Assembly (NCBI RefSeq): GCF_964355755.1
Contig: NC_092672.1
Coordinates: forward strand, 11,718,001-11,782,000
Origin: Antedon mediterranea
Lineage: Eukaryota; Animalia; Echinodermata
Length of the DNA: 64,000 bases
Reading direction: 5' to 3'
The translations under genes and the position numbers were made by a program. Positions within the stretch are counted from its first letter, which is position 1; each line of letters begins with the position of its first letter. Shown one piece after another: positions 26,088 to 37,342 of the stretch. The notes beneath the pieces are model-generated. The model was given only the letters and a program-made list of their open reading frames with translations. It had not been told where the DNA came from and did no database searches.

Positions 26088-26496
26088 AATAGTTTTATGA
26101 GGTGACAGATGAAATTCTATTTCCACGAGGCGAAGCCCGAGTGTAAATAGAATTTCATAAATCACCGAATGAAATTGTTTGTACAATCGCACGAATATAT
26201 ATACAGTATATATAAAACAATTGTTTTGTATAACGTAGATTCTAGTCATCGCCAATTGTTGCTGTGAAGGAGAAATCGCGTCTCGTGTGTTTCGCTGCTT
26301 TCGCTCACCGAACAGACGGTGCTACTATTGGATCTCACGCAGATTTTTTGTTCGTGCGCGAGAAGATTTTTTTTTTTCGTACAAGAAAAAAAAAGACTAT
26401 TACACGATCGTTTGCTAGTACGTACTAATGCACGCTATGTGATAAACAATCGTCCAATCAAATGACAGGAATACATTTATTTAGTTGTTATATAAT
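26088..26496. mobile_element. Non-autonomous repeat with GCGAAGC-capped hairpin (Crypton-like, tentative)
   Basis: Hairpin atgaaattctattt (26109-26122) / aaatagaatttcat (26145-26158) around gaggcgaagcccgag; the other end is shared with 17304-17400. Confidence 0.55.
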
Positions 26497-26797
26497 ATTT
26501 GTTAACACGAGTGTCTGTTACGCTTTGTAACTCTCCTAAAATAATAGTTAGCCTACTGATCTTTTCAGTAATTTATGAGTGTGGTATAGCAAGGTAGCAA
26601 TATCGGTATAACTAGGCCTGAATCCAGTCTACAATTCGGTTATTCAGACATATTTATGCTGAGTCAATGTTAATGTCAAATGTATCTAACCCAAATAATA
26701 TGTGTGTATACTTGAAGAATAGCTGGAAAGAAAATGTATGTGAAAAAGTAACTGATGACCTCTATAAAACTCATGCATTGAGATATTCATTCTCTAT

Positions 26798-27109
26798 TTT
26801 ATTATTATTATTATTACTTTGTTTACCCAGGGTAAGCCCAAACAGTTAAAAACTGATTTCCATTGGGGCCCTGCATTGACTTAAAAACCATTTACATAAT
26901 AGCATTTTGCTGAATATATTTGATATATGAAGTTCTGATTTAAATAACCCTATGGATGTGATGGTTCTTAACTCCTCTTCGACGCTATTCCACAGGGTTG
27001 CACCAACAACACTAAAACTTGTGGAGAAACATTCTTTTCTCGCAAAAGGAATCTTTAACTTCAACAATGTGGACTGCCTCGTTACACGTGACTGGGATAA
27101 GGGTAGCAT
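26798..27109 (-). mobile_element. 3' end of L2/Crack-type LINE (ORF2 C-terminus, 3'UTR stem-loop, (TAA)n tail)
   Basis: TRQSTLLKLKIPFARKECFSTSFSVVGATLWNSVEEELRTITSIGLFKSEL fits the TR..L.IP..R..SF...GA.LWNSL..LR...S...FK..L motif; followed by gggccccaatggaaatcag...ttaccctgggtaaacaaag(taa)n. Confidence 0.85.
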
Positions 27110-27225
27110 ATAGGCCTACTATCTGATTACTTTAAAGTGAAGAAAAGACAACTCTAAATCGTTTATTATTATTTATTTAGGCCTATTGTAGCTTAACAAT
27201 TTCGTCTATTGACCGTCAACTGTAA

Positions 27226-27384
27226 AGCTCTGTCTACACTATCAAACTAGTTGACAAAAAATGTGAGGTGCCCAAATATGGTAGTGATATGCCCAAATAT
27301 GGTAGTGATGTGACACATGTTCATATAATTATGGGTACATCACATTATTTTTGTCACATAAAGTTTGATAGTGTAGACAGAGCT
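27226..27384. mobile_element. MITE (Harbinger-like) with ~22-bp TIRs
   Basis: AGCTCTGTCTACACTATCAAAC / GTTTGATAGTGTAGACAGAGCT flanked by taa and tta; internal 21-bp duplication tgcccaaatatggtagtgat; deleted copy at 41473. Confidence 0.88.
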
Positions 27385-29881
27385 TTAATCCTCAATAATA
27401 TGTACAATCCCACAGTTTAGATATTCCCAAACTTAATACAAAAACTGCTTTGTATTATGAATATTAGAGTATGTAATAATGATAATAACATTTCTATAAA
27501 TTTACTGAGGTAATATTGATTACCAAACAAAATGTTCAACACCGATTACTATAAAGCCGTCCATTGAGCTGATGCGAAAATCGATATTAGGATAATAATT
27601 GAAACTTAAATTAACCTGTATATCCCATTCCAAACAGCATGCTGTTCATGTTAAATGATACTCAACTGAAGCAAATTAACACTATTATTATAACTTTCCA
27701 TTAAAAAATAATTTTGTAGTGTAAGCAATATTTATTTTTTTCTGTTGAAAAAGCAATATGATACAATATATTATTTGATCACGACATAAACGATATGTTA
27801 GGTCTAATTGACAAAACGTGTGTATTTTATGAGCGAAGCAACAATGCTTCTTTAATATTTAAATTGATTTAAAAAGGCCTGTAAATAATATATAGAGAAG
27901 AAAGAGACAATGCACATTTCACAATTATAATATAATTTCGATAACGAGTAAAGCATAGTTAATCAATATGTTCGTTATTATTAGGTGATACAAATACACA
28001 TAATATACTGTAAGGGACAGTACATCGTGTAATTCTTTTAACAAAAAATCACTTTATGTTTCGGGTTGTGTGTCTTTAATTTTAGTTAACATTTAGGGTA
28101 ATCCGAACAGTTATTTCGTAGTGTGTTAATTGATTGGCTACAGTACAAATAAAATATTTATTTAAGGTCTACAGTAGGCATTGCAGCGTGCAAGTGTGTC
28201 TGGGGCAGATGATAGCTAAGATGACACATGGCCCTCTGAAGATTCCAAACCGAACGTGTATATTATTTCGAAAGCTTCTCATTGGTTAACAAAACTAGAC
28301 CTCCCAATGGACCACGCAGTGTACAATTATCGCCTGCAATACATTATTTCACCAGCGGAGAGCAAAAGCTGTAAATTGGCCTAGCTCATCGTAGGCCAAT
28401 GTTTTACATTGTACTTTAGGCCTACTTCCTCCAAGTAAAATTACCACATTCTCCCAGGTCACGCCTATACAGTACCCGTAGTAAATTATCTGACTGTAAT
28501 TTTCTCCCACATGTTTACCGTTCCTGATAGTAACATAACAACTAGGCCTACATTATTTAACCGCAATATTAATGACGGAACCGGGTAGGCATGCCTTTAT
28601 CTGGCGTCATAAATGGAATATACAAAATTTAAAAAAATAATTTTGTTATACCTCAGAAAAATAAGAAAATTAGGATCTTGTTCTTTATTATTCATTGTTA
28701 TATTTTCATTAAATTTTGTCTTTATTCTGCTTAAAGTTCAATCACCATTGTTTTTCTTAAGTACATCACTGCTATTTTCAAATTAAAGTGACGCATTAAC
28801 AATATTGAGACAGGCTATAATAGCAAGTCAAGTAGAAATCATTAATTTTGTTTTCTTTATTTCAGAATAATAACTTTCATTAACACCTCATTCATAATTC
28901 ATGAATGTGCTTCAATTTAACGGACATTATTCAAATTTTCCACACAGAAGTTGACAAGCTGTGTTTAATGACAACTCCCATAGGAACTTTCGAGATAATA
29001 GTATTTTCATAATTCTTTCTACGAACGTAATTCTTCGATATTTATGTATAATTTGTCTTGTCTACGTTATAGATGTAACTTACTAATTAACTAAATTATT
29101 TAGAAGACGTCGAGTCTATCTTATTGTCATTGAGGAGACATCCAGGGACGCGAAATAACAGTATATAGGTTTATAAACTGCCTTATTTATTCCAATACTA
29201 TTTGATTTTCTATCCAGTAGTTCATTGACGGGTTAAAAAAAATCGTTGTTTAACAATAGTTGAAAATGAATAATAAGATACAATAACGAAGCGGCAAAGT
29301 CTTAGAAATCTTAAAACAGAAAAAAGTAGATTTGCATCATCAATGAAGCAGTGACTCATTGTCAATATAGTTGATCCAGAAGATTTAGCTATGAAACAGG
29401 TAAGAGACTGAACTTACATTCAGAATTGTCAACTGTGACATATTCCTTGGTTATACTGCATTTGAAGCCAAGTTAGACCATCTATGAAACTCTAGTATTC
29501 AAGATGTGTGTGTGTAAACAGTCATGTCAAAGAATATTACATAATGAATACCTGTAGGGAAGAGCGAACTGACGAATATTATTCTTCTTCGTAAACGTTA
29601 GTTGTCGTTAGACATCGCGCGCATCTCACCTTTGTTCGGCATTCTGTACGTTTTTGAGAAAGTATATGTATACTATTATTACAGCAAAAACACACAAAAA
29701 AAAACAAAGTAGCAATTTTTTCTTCCATCGTCATTGGGGTTTAATCAAGATTGCGGCATGTCGGCTATTAACTGCTTTAAAGAAATGAATGCTATATAAA
29801 ATAGCTATATATATTCATAACAGTTATATCAGGAAAGAGTGAGAATATTGATTAATTAATAAGAAAAGAAGAATCTTGTTC

Positions 29882-30067
29882 AACAAGGCCATATACATGG
29901 CTGCAGTCGCGTGCGCAAATTTGAGTTAGTGTTTACCAACCGACCGACCAACCGACCGACTGACTGACCGACCGACCAACCAACCGACTGACTGACCGAC
30001 CGACCGGCTGACTAACCGACCGACCGACATAGTGAGCTGTAGAGTCGCGTTTGCACTTGACTAAAAA
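29882..30067 (+). mobile_element. Helentron-associated (HINE/DINE-1-like) element with (ACCG)n microsatellite
   Basis: 5' aacaag..agtcgcgtg subterminal repeat, (accg/actg/acca)n tract, 3' hairpin agtcgcgt..gact followed by aaaaa; copies at 41715 and 44866. Confidence 0.75.
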
Positions 30068-30309
30068 TGCTTATAAACAAATTTAAAAAGTGTGTTGCAA
30101 TTAAAATGCATACATTATTTGGGGATAAATACATGAATTGTGTAACTGAGCCTATCATACAGTAGAGCAAGTGTAGTTATGAATGCCTATTCTACATGCA
30201 TTAGTATCGATATATGACGGGAATCATATAGATATTTTGCAGCTTACACGGAGAAGAAAATGGAGATATTATACAACGAGTCAGTTTGTTTTGAAAAATA
30301 TAATGCAAA

Positions 30310-31075
30310 TATTTTAATCAGAAGAGGCCGAAAACGTGTTGGTCTTAATGTGTGTCCATGTATGCCGTCCATGTAGACACGTCGCTAACACTCTCTCTAT
30401 ACAGGTACCAGCTAGTATAACTCAAATTCAAATCAAATTATCTTTTATTAATCCTTTCGGATATTCATTGCTCGTTTTACAAATATATAAAAATATATAA
30501 AACAATACAAAAGGTAAAAAATCACAAAACAGGAAGAGAATGCCATACAAAATTAACAATAAACCTATTGCAAATCATCAGTTACGTTTACATTTTTATT
30601 AAAAAGTTGAATGACTTGTGGAAGGAAGGAGAGAAGGTACCAGTTGGTGCGAGAGGTCGGTGTCCGAAAGCGACCACTGCAGAATATGTAGTGGGAGTAT
30701 GTATAACTAGTAACTTGTATTTTTCCTTCGCCAATTTCTTATAGAGGGCAGGATGTCAAAAAATAGCATTACACTACATCTATAGTAACTATAAATTGTA
30801 TTCATTAATTTATTATAGAGGGCAGCAGGTTTATTCAAACGGTCTGTCACAGCATTCACAAACGTTGAAAATACAGTACATCAACATCCTGCCCTCTATA
30901 AGAAATTGGCGAAGGAAAAATACAAGTTATTAGTTAATACTTCAACTACATATTCTGCAGTGGTACCTGTTTAGAGCGAAATGTTTTCTATGGACGGTCT
31001 CAATCACGCATTAAGACCAATACATTTATGTTTTGGATTCTCCTGTTTTATTTGAATCAAGATTAAAAAATCTGT
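30310..31075. mobile_element. Fold-back/palindromic element with a nested insertion in the left arm
   Basis: Inner arms 30673-30756 / 30884-30964 are near-perfect inverted copies; outer arms 30310-30410 / 30960-31075 are degenerate; insert 30417-30634 lies between aggtaccagYtRgt direct repeats. Confidence 0.75.
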
Positions 31076-31439
31076 TCTTTTTTTGTCTTATGTAGGATCG
31101 ACCCACTTTATTTCTTCATCAATAAAATGTTCGTTTACAATGCATTGCACATGAGTAATGTAATGATACAATACAATATAACTGACATTAAATAACTTTT
31201 AGTACATCTGATATCTTACTCCTACCATTGCATTTTATATATAATAGTAAGGAAAAGAAAAATACTTTCCTCTATGTTAAACACTCGTTTTTCAATCCTT
31301 AAACAATGTACGTATAACTTACCACAGAATTCTTTATTTTATAACTCTTTTTGTCTCTTTATGGCAATCAAAAAAAGTTATATTTTACTTTACCTAAATA
31401 TCAATTTTATAAACGTTAATTTTATACCTTGCTAAATTG

Positions 31440-32076
31440 TTAAGGTCCATATTATCTGACCACATTTTTTTTGCCTTTTCTTTATTTATTAAAAATTCAC
31501 AATTGATTATACCTTCTCAGCAGTGAACATTAACCATGGACATTTTTTAACAAGTCCTAGTCTATGTTTGACTTTACTTTTATAAACACAGAAAGTTAAA
31601 ATGGAAAATATTTCATTAATTTTGACATCATATTTTCCAAGTACAATTTTCTCTCATGTAACTTCCTGAGTAAATGCAAAACATGTTTTCAGCATAGTGA
31701 AACAATTTACCCAGCAATGTTTTACTTCTTTGCATGTAAATAACATATGCTTTTCAATTTCAACCTCCTTATTACAATATTCACAATAATTACTGTTTGA
31801 CAAATTCCATAATTTTAGCTTACACTTAGTTGGTAACACTTTATGTAGCAACTTAAAATTAAAGAAAGCCACTCTTTGTATGTGCAACATACTCTTAACG
31901 TCGTTTTTCCAACATAGATTCCAGTCAATAAAACAATTTTGAAGTTGGTTTTCCCATTTATCTTGTGCTTTTGGTATGCACGCTTTATATGCTACATCGG
32001 TAAAAGTGGAATATAATTGTTTGACAGTTGTATAATTTGAAGTAACATTAATAAAAATAAAAAATCTGTTCTTCAT
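31440..32076 (-). mobile_element. L1/Tx1-clade LINE ORF2 C-terminal fragment (zf-RVT)
   Basis: ORF 31654-32076: KWENQL..IDWNLCW..FNFKLLHKVLPTKCKLKLWNLSNSNYCEYCNKEVEIEKHMLFTCKEVKHCW (CxxC-x8-H-x4-C); 3' boundary approximate. Confidence 0.85.
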
Positions 32077-32135
32077 AAAAGTGGGGTGGATATCAAAAAA
32101 AGTTTAAATTTGCGTTATAATTAGAGCTTGTATAT

Positions 32136-33132
32136 GTAAAATACTGATTTTACACATTTTTGGGAAAAATCGCAAAAAAATGCTATCTCGTAAACTACTT
32201 GTAGTAGAATGCTAAATCATAGACCTACAATAAGGATGTATTGTCCTTTTGTCAAATTAAAAAAAATAAAAGATTTCGAAAAAAAGTGGGTCATTTTGAA
32301 GTATCATAATAGTTATTAATTTTCACCAAAAATGAGTTGAAAAAAAAATCATTTAACTGAAATACAGACGTTTTTTGGTTAAAACAATAACTTCCAGTCA
32401 AAGTTTTCTATCAAAACATATCTCATAATGCAACGCGCTTATTTGGCTACTCTGTATGTATACTCATATAACTTTCTCGCGATCTGTGTGAAAACACATT
32501 CTCATCCGTGACGAGTTGTAAACAATCCTAATTAGCATCATGCATAATGTATACTCATGGTTTGACATCTTTGTTTACTTTCGCTCCGGACGATTAATAT
32601 CCAGATGAGCTGGGCTGTTAATTACGTAAAATTGTTGTTTTTGGCTCGAATTTTCGACTTAAGGTGAATAACTTTAATATTACTTTGATATGGCCAATTT
32701 AAATTTAGAATATTTTGACCTTCATTTTTTTGTGTTTCAAGGGACAATACACCTTTAAATGAAAGTCAATGCTATTTTTTTGTTTTTATTGAAATGGAAG
32801 TTTTTGTCATAAACCTATCACAAGTCATCATAAATTGAGAAAATACTGATTTTCATTCATTTTTGGTTAAAATCGCAAAAAATGCTATCTCTTGAACTAC
32901 TTGCCGTAGAATGCTAAATCATACATTAAATGAAAGCCGATGATAATGTTTATATTCATTTGTAACTTTTGTCATAAACCTACCATAAGTCATAATAACT
33001 TATAAAGTACTGATTTTCATTAATTTTTAGTTAAATATACAAACAAACTACTTGCCGTAGAACGCTAAATCATACATTAAATAAAGCCAGTGACAATGTT
33101 TAAATTCATTGTAATGAAGGTTTTTGTTAAAC
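32136..33132. repeat. ~150-165 bp tandem repeat (3 units), first unit interrupted by a TTAA-type MITE
   Basis: Unit tactgatttt..aatcgcaaaaaatgctatctc..aactacttg..gtagaatgctaaatcata..ttaaatgaaag..ttttgtcataaaccta recurs at ~32140, ~32840 and ~33005. Confidence 0.8.
32234..32754. mobile_element. Kolobok-like non-autonomous DNA transposon (TTAA target)
   Basis: TIRs GGATGTATTGTCC / GGGACAATACACCT, flanked by ataa and TTAA; full-length inverted copy at 54795-55303. Confidence 0.85.
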
Positions 33133-33404
33133 TAACAGAATAATAATGTTCATTAATGTTGATAGTATTATTAGTATGAAATATGTGTTAAAATAATATT
33201 AAAGAGGATACAAAAACAGAAAATTATTAAATTATATATAACGAAGAAAAAAAGATTGAAGATGTATAACAAATTGAATTGAAAAAAATGAATGAATAAA
33301 GGTGGTGTTAACCACGAAAGATAATAAAAAAACAGAACGCTTAGACCATATCACTTTAACAATTTAGAAAATTGTAGATGAGAATATTGAAAAGATAGTG
33401 GATT

Positions 33405-33745
33405 CAAGAAAAAATGAAAGTCTATAGAGGAGAGATGTGACAGACAAAGAAAAGAAAATAATATTCTACAAAGTGTGCTGTAGATGGAAAGTGGTAATGT
33501 TGATTTGAGGAAGAAACAAGATAGAGAGAAGGCCATTGAACTTGGAACAACAGTAGATGGAGTTGAAGTTAAGAGAGACATTCTAAAAAAAGCTAAGGGT
33601 CTGAAGCAAGCGACAGACAAATGCTATTTCTCATACCAGAATTTACACCATTCCAAAGAGAAGCAACAAACTAAGATCCCAGTTAAGACTACTTTATACT
33701 AGAAATGGGTGAGAAAGTGACTATAAGAAAGAGAAGGATCGTGTC
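33405..33745 (+). mobile_element. Degraded CR1/L2-type LINE ORF1 fragment
   Basis: IEERCDRQRKENNILQSVL*MESG..RKKQDREK..KRDILKKAKGLKQ..GEKVTIRKRRIV, with stop and frameshifts. Confidence 0.6.
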
Positions 33746-34028
33746 TCAAACAGAGCAATCCTTCCGTGACCACAACACATAAATAAACATACTTGCACAG
33801 CGCCCTCATTTTTACCAGAATAGACTATAGGGAATATTTCATTAAATTGTAGTTCACGATTCAGTTGAGTCACTGAAATCACATTGTAGTTCAGGTAAAA
33901 GTAAAGGCCTTCAATAATTAAATAAATAATGAGTTACTAAAATAAAATTGTAATTAGATTAGTAATCAGATCCGCATGTGTCCTGTCACTCCCTATTTCA
34001 TATAGAATTAATTTCAACGAGTTATTCA

Positions 34029-36421
34029 TTATAACCGCCTCATGTCGTATTATTGTGTACAGCGAATGCGACGAAGCGTGACTGAAATTACGAGACGCCG
34101 TTAGCGCCCGTTGAAAAATGCATTAACAAAGCTAAAAACCTACAAAATTAATAGTTTATACAATAATTTAAATATAGTTTACAATAAATTGTATAATAAA
34201 ATACATAACATATAAAGAAAATCCAAGTATAAACTAAACTATTTACAGATATGTGTTTAAATATGTACAAATCAAAATGGCCTTTCATAAAATAAAGTGC
34301 GCCCTCACGCGTTATACTTTTATCGGACTTGTATGGATGGTTATACAGGGCATTAATATACGAAACCCGATGCGGTTTGTTAGTTATTGCCTCTGCAAGA
34401 GGCAGAATATTATATTTTCACAAATATATTTCTAGTTTTTATCATGGAAAAAAAGGATTGTATTTAAACACATTACAACCTCCAGTCTACCATCATGATG
34501 GATTAAGTGAAGCGCCGTATTGTATCTGCTTAAGCGTAATGATCTCCTTAGTTATCTGGTTAGCCTATATTCTGGACATTCTTTTTTTCACAGCATTACT
34601 TGCGCGGATATCACAATGCATTGTTTATTCGCGATTATAGTCAATGTTAACTTGAGTAAGAATCATTTTTAAATGATAGTCCATTTCGCGTATACAATAT
34701 AATAAGGATTTAAATAAAGTCGTCTGAAATATTTTCTCATTGCCCGGTTATCCGCAACAAAGTTAATCCTTGTGATTGTTAGTTTTGTTTAAGTTTCTTT
34801 GAATTGTTTATTGGCATCCATATCGTATGATGTGTGCGACAATTTCGTGTTTTAGAAAATGTAATCCTGCCACCGACGATTCTTTATTCTTAAGACGTCT
34901 GACGGATAACTGTTTTATTCTTTTACATTTAATTAATTAATTAATTAATCTTCATCTTCACTTTTGAGGAAAATAGCCTACATCTTTTAGGTTTAAAACG
35001 TCATTTAAAGCATTTGAATAAGCCAACAAATTAAACTACTGTTTTCTCCCAAGCTTTTTAAATATTATTTAAATGCATTAAAATGCGTCGAACTCGGCGG
35101 ATAACAATATTTGAAATAAAAATGCATATAAAACTTTGTTCTGGACTTTACTTTTTTGTCCCAAGTGAGAACTTTCAGGCCGTGGAGGTGAACTGATTGT
35201 TTATGAAATGCTTTTTTGTATAAAATGTCCAATAATAATTATCATTGTAGGACCACTCTCAACCAAAAAACTTTATATTAGAAAGTATTTAATACGTCAC
35301 GTCTTAAAAAAAAGGATAAATGGGTAATACAGTATGTAGTTTCTCGTGAATCTTACATCACACTCCAACATTCTCACTCTCTTTTATTTATTGGAAAAAC
35401 ACTAACTTTAGAATGCTTTGAATTCTGGAAAACGACTTCGAACTTAAAGAATCGTTATGAATGACGTTTATTGGCTCAATCTTCACACATCGGTACGATG
35501 TGAAGGCCAGACGGATTCAGAGATCAAACCGGCTCCTCTTCCCCATTGGTAGTGGGGCAGCGGTGGGTGGCGATGGGTGAAAGGGGAAAATGAAAAATGT
35601 TGATTCAGACGAATGCCAACCAGTCCCTTTGATACGCTCTTAATAATTGTTAGAAAGTGAAAGTAGGTCTACTTGAGGTAGTATCTATCTTTCCTATAGG
35701 CCTACGCGAAATGGGTTATCCTTTTAAAATAATTGGTTCTTACTCTAATTAAGATTATAATCGCAAATGATAGTTCAAAATATGCAATGCATTGTGATAT
35801 CCACGCAAGTAGGCCTAATGCTGTGAAAAAAAAAAAATGTCCAAAATAAAACCAGCAGAACTACGTAGATCATTACGCTTCAGCAGATATACAAATATAC
35901 ACTTAATCCATCATGATGGTATACTGGAGGTTGTAATGTGTTTAATTATATACAATCCGTTTTTCCATGATAAAAAACATAAATAAATTTGTGAAATAAA
36001 ATATTCTTCCTCTTGCGTAAAAAAGGCAATAACTAACAAACCGCATCGGGTTTCGTATATTAATGCCGTGTACCAAAGAATATATATATTCTTTGCGTGT
36101 ACTGTTTAACCATCCATACAAGTCCGATAAAAGTATGACGCATGAGGGCGCACTTTATTTTATGGAAGGCCATTTTGATTTGTACATTTTTAAACACATA
36201 TTTGTAAATATTTTAGTTTATACTTGGGTTTTCTTTATAAGTTATGTATTTTATTATACAATTTATTGTAAACTATATTTAAATTATTGTATAAACTATT
36301 AATTTTGTAGGTTTTTAGCTTTGTTAATGCATTTTTCAACGGGCGCTAACAGCGTCTCGTAATTTCAGTCACGCTTCGTAGCATTCGCTGTACACAATGA
36401 TACGACATGAGGCGGTTATAA
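34029..36421. mobile_element. 2.4-kb non-autonomous DNA transposon with ~670-720 bp terminal inverted repeats
   Basis: 34029-34694 is the reverse complement of ~35695-36421 (ttataaccgcctcatgtcgta... / ...tacgacatgaggcggttataa); no coding ORF in the ~1-kb core. Confidence 0.92.
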
Positions 36422-37199
36422 ATTGGGTATAAAAGTCAAATTTTCTCGTAAAATCCCAAGTTTTGCAAGACGCAACATCAAGAAATGTTATTACCTATAT
36501 ACATAGAACCTACGAATGAAATTTTATTAGGGTACGTTTTTATACCATGGTGAGGGTGATTTTTGACTGGACTATTACGTGTATCCGTATTTTTATTTTG
36601 GACTTTTCGACGAATACACATTTTGAATGTCGCCACCAATGGCCTGTTTTGCGAGAAGTCACCCGGAAGCCAGTTGATCAGCGCGAGAGTGTGAAAATAA
36701 CCCTGTGATATCCACCCATTTCGATAGGAAACGCTAAAATTTGTCGTTGTAAAAGACAAAAATGGAACAATAGCGTAGTCTAGTACTGAAAAAACTAATG
36801 TTATCAAATCTACGTTTCGCGATCTGATGAGGTAGGTATCAAAGGCGAATGTTTTTCCCAACGTGTTTCCATTGTGCTCGTCTATGTTAGAATTAACCAT
36901 ACTTTATATATAGATAGATACTGTAAATATACATTAACCATTTTTAATCGCCATTTGAAGTGCAAATTTCATACTTTGAGTGTGGGTACTGTTAGATATA
37001 TAAACACATATAGAAATATACGTTAGTACTGACAGTTGCTTTTCAACGTTTGTATAGATTGTATACAAACAATATAATATATATAATTGAAATCACCAGT
37101 ATTTTTTTACGCTATAATGACTATATTCGAGAACCATCTGTGGGCACAACCTAGACCTATCATCTGATTTATGGAATTTGAAGAAAAAAATGGTTATGT

Positions 37200-37342
37200 G
37201 ACGTCATATTTTTGGATTGTAATAAAGCTTTTGACAGCGTTCCACATAGAAGACTACTTATGAAACTGGAAAGCTACGGCATAAAAGGACAGTTGTTATC
37301 ATGGATAACAGATTTTTGAATAACTGACAACAACGAGTTAAG
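37200..37342 (+). mobile_element. CR1-type reverse transcriptase fragment
   Basis: DVIFLDCNKAFDSVPHRRLLMKLESYGIKGQLLSWITDF(fs)LNN*QQRV. Confidence 0.9.

Noticed and set aside
28236-28278. Possible hammerhead ribozyme cores (ctgaaga..cgaaa; also ctgatga at 15904 and ~36825)
   Set aside because: No convincing stems I-III could be formed
29330-29406. Isolated exon ending in CAG|GTAAGA
   Set aside because: A donor motif alone, with no coherent reading frame or partner exons, is insufficient
34253-36302. ORFs 34253, 34329 and 36063 as a transposase
   Set aside because: Short, lie inside TIR arms, no DDE-like motifs
36478-36900. 140-aa minus-strand ORF (also 59255-59653 and 10951-11319)
   Set aside because: No recognisable domain or coding-like composition; probably chance ORFs
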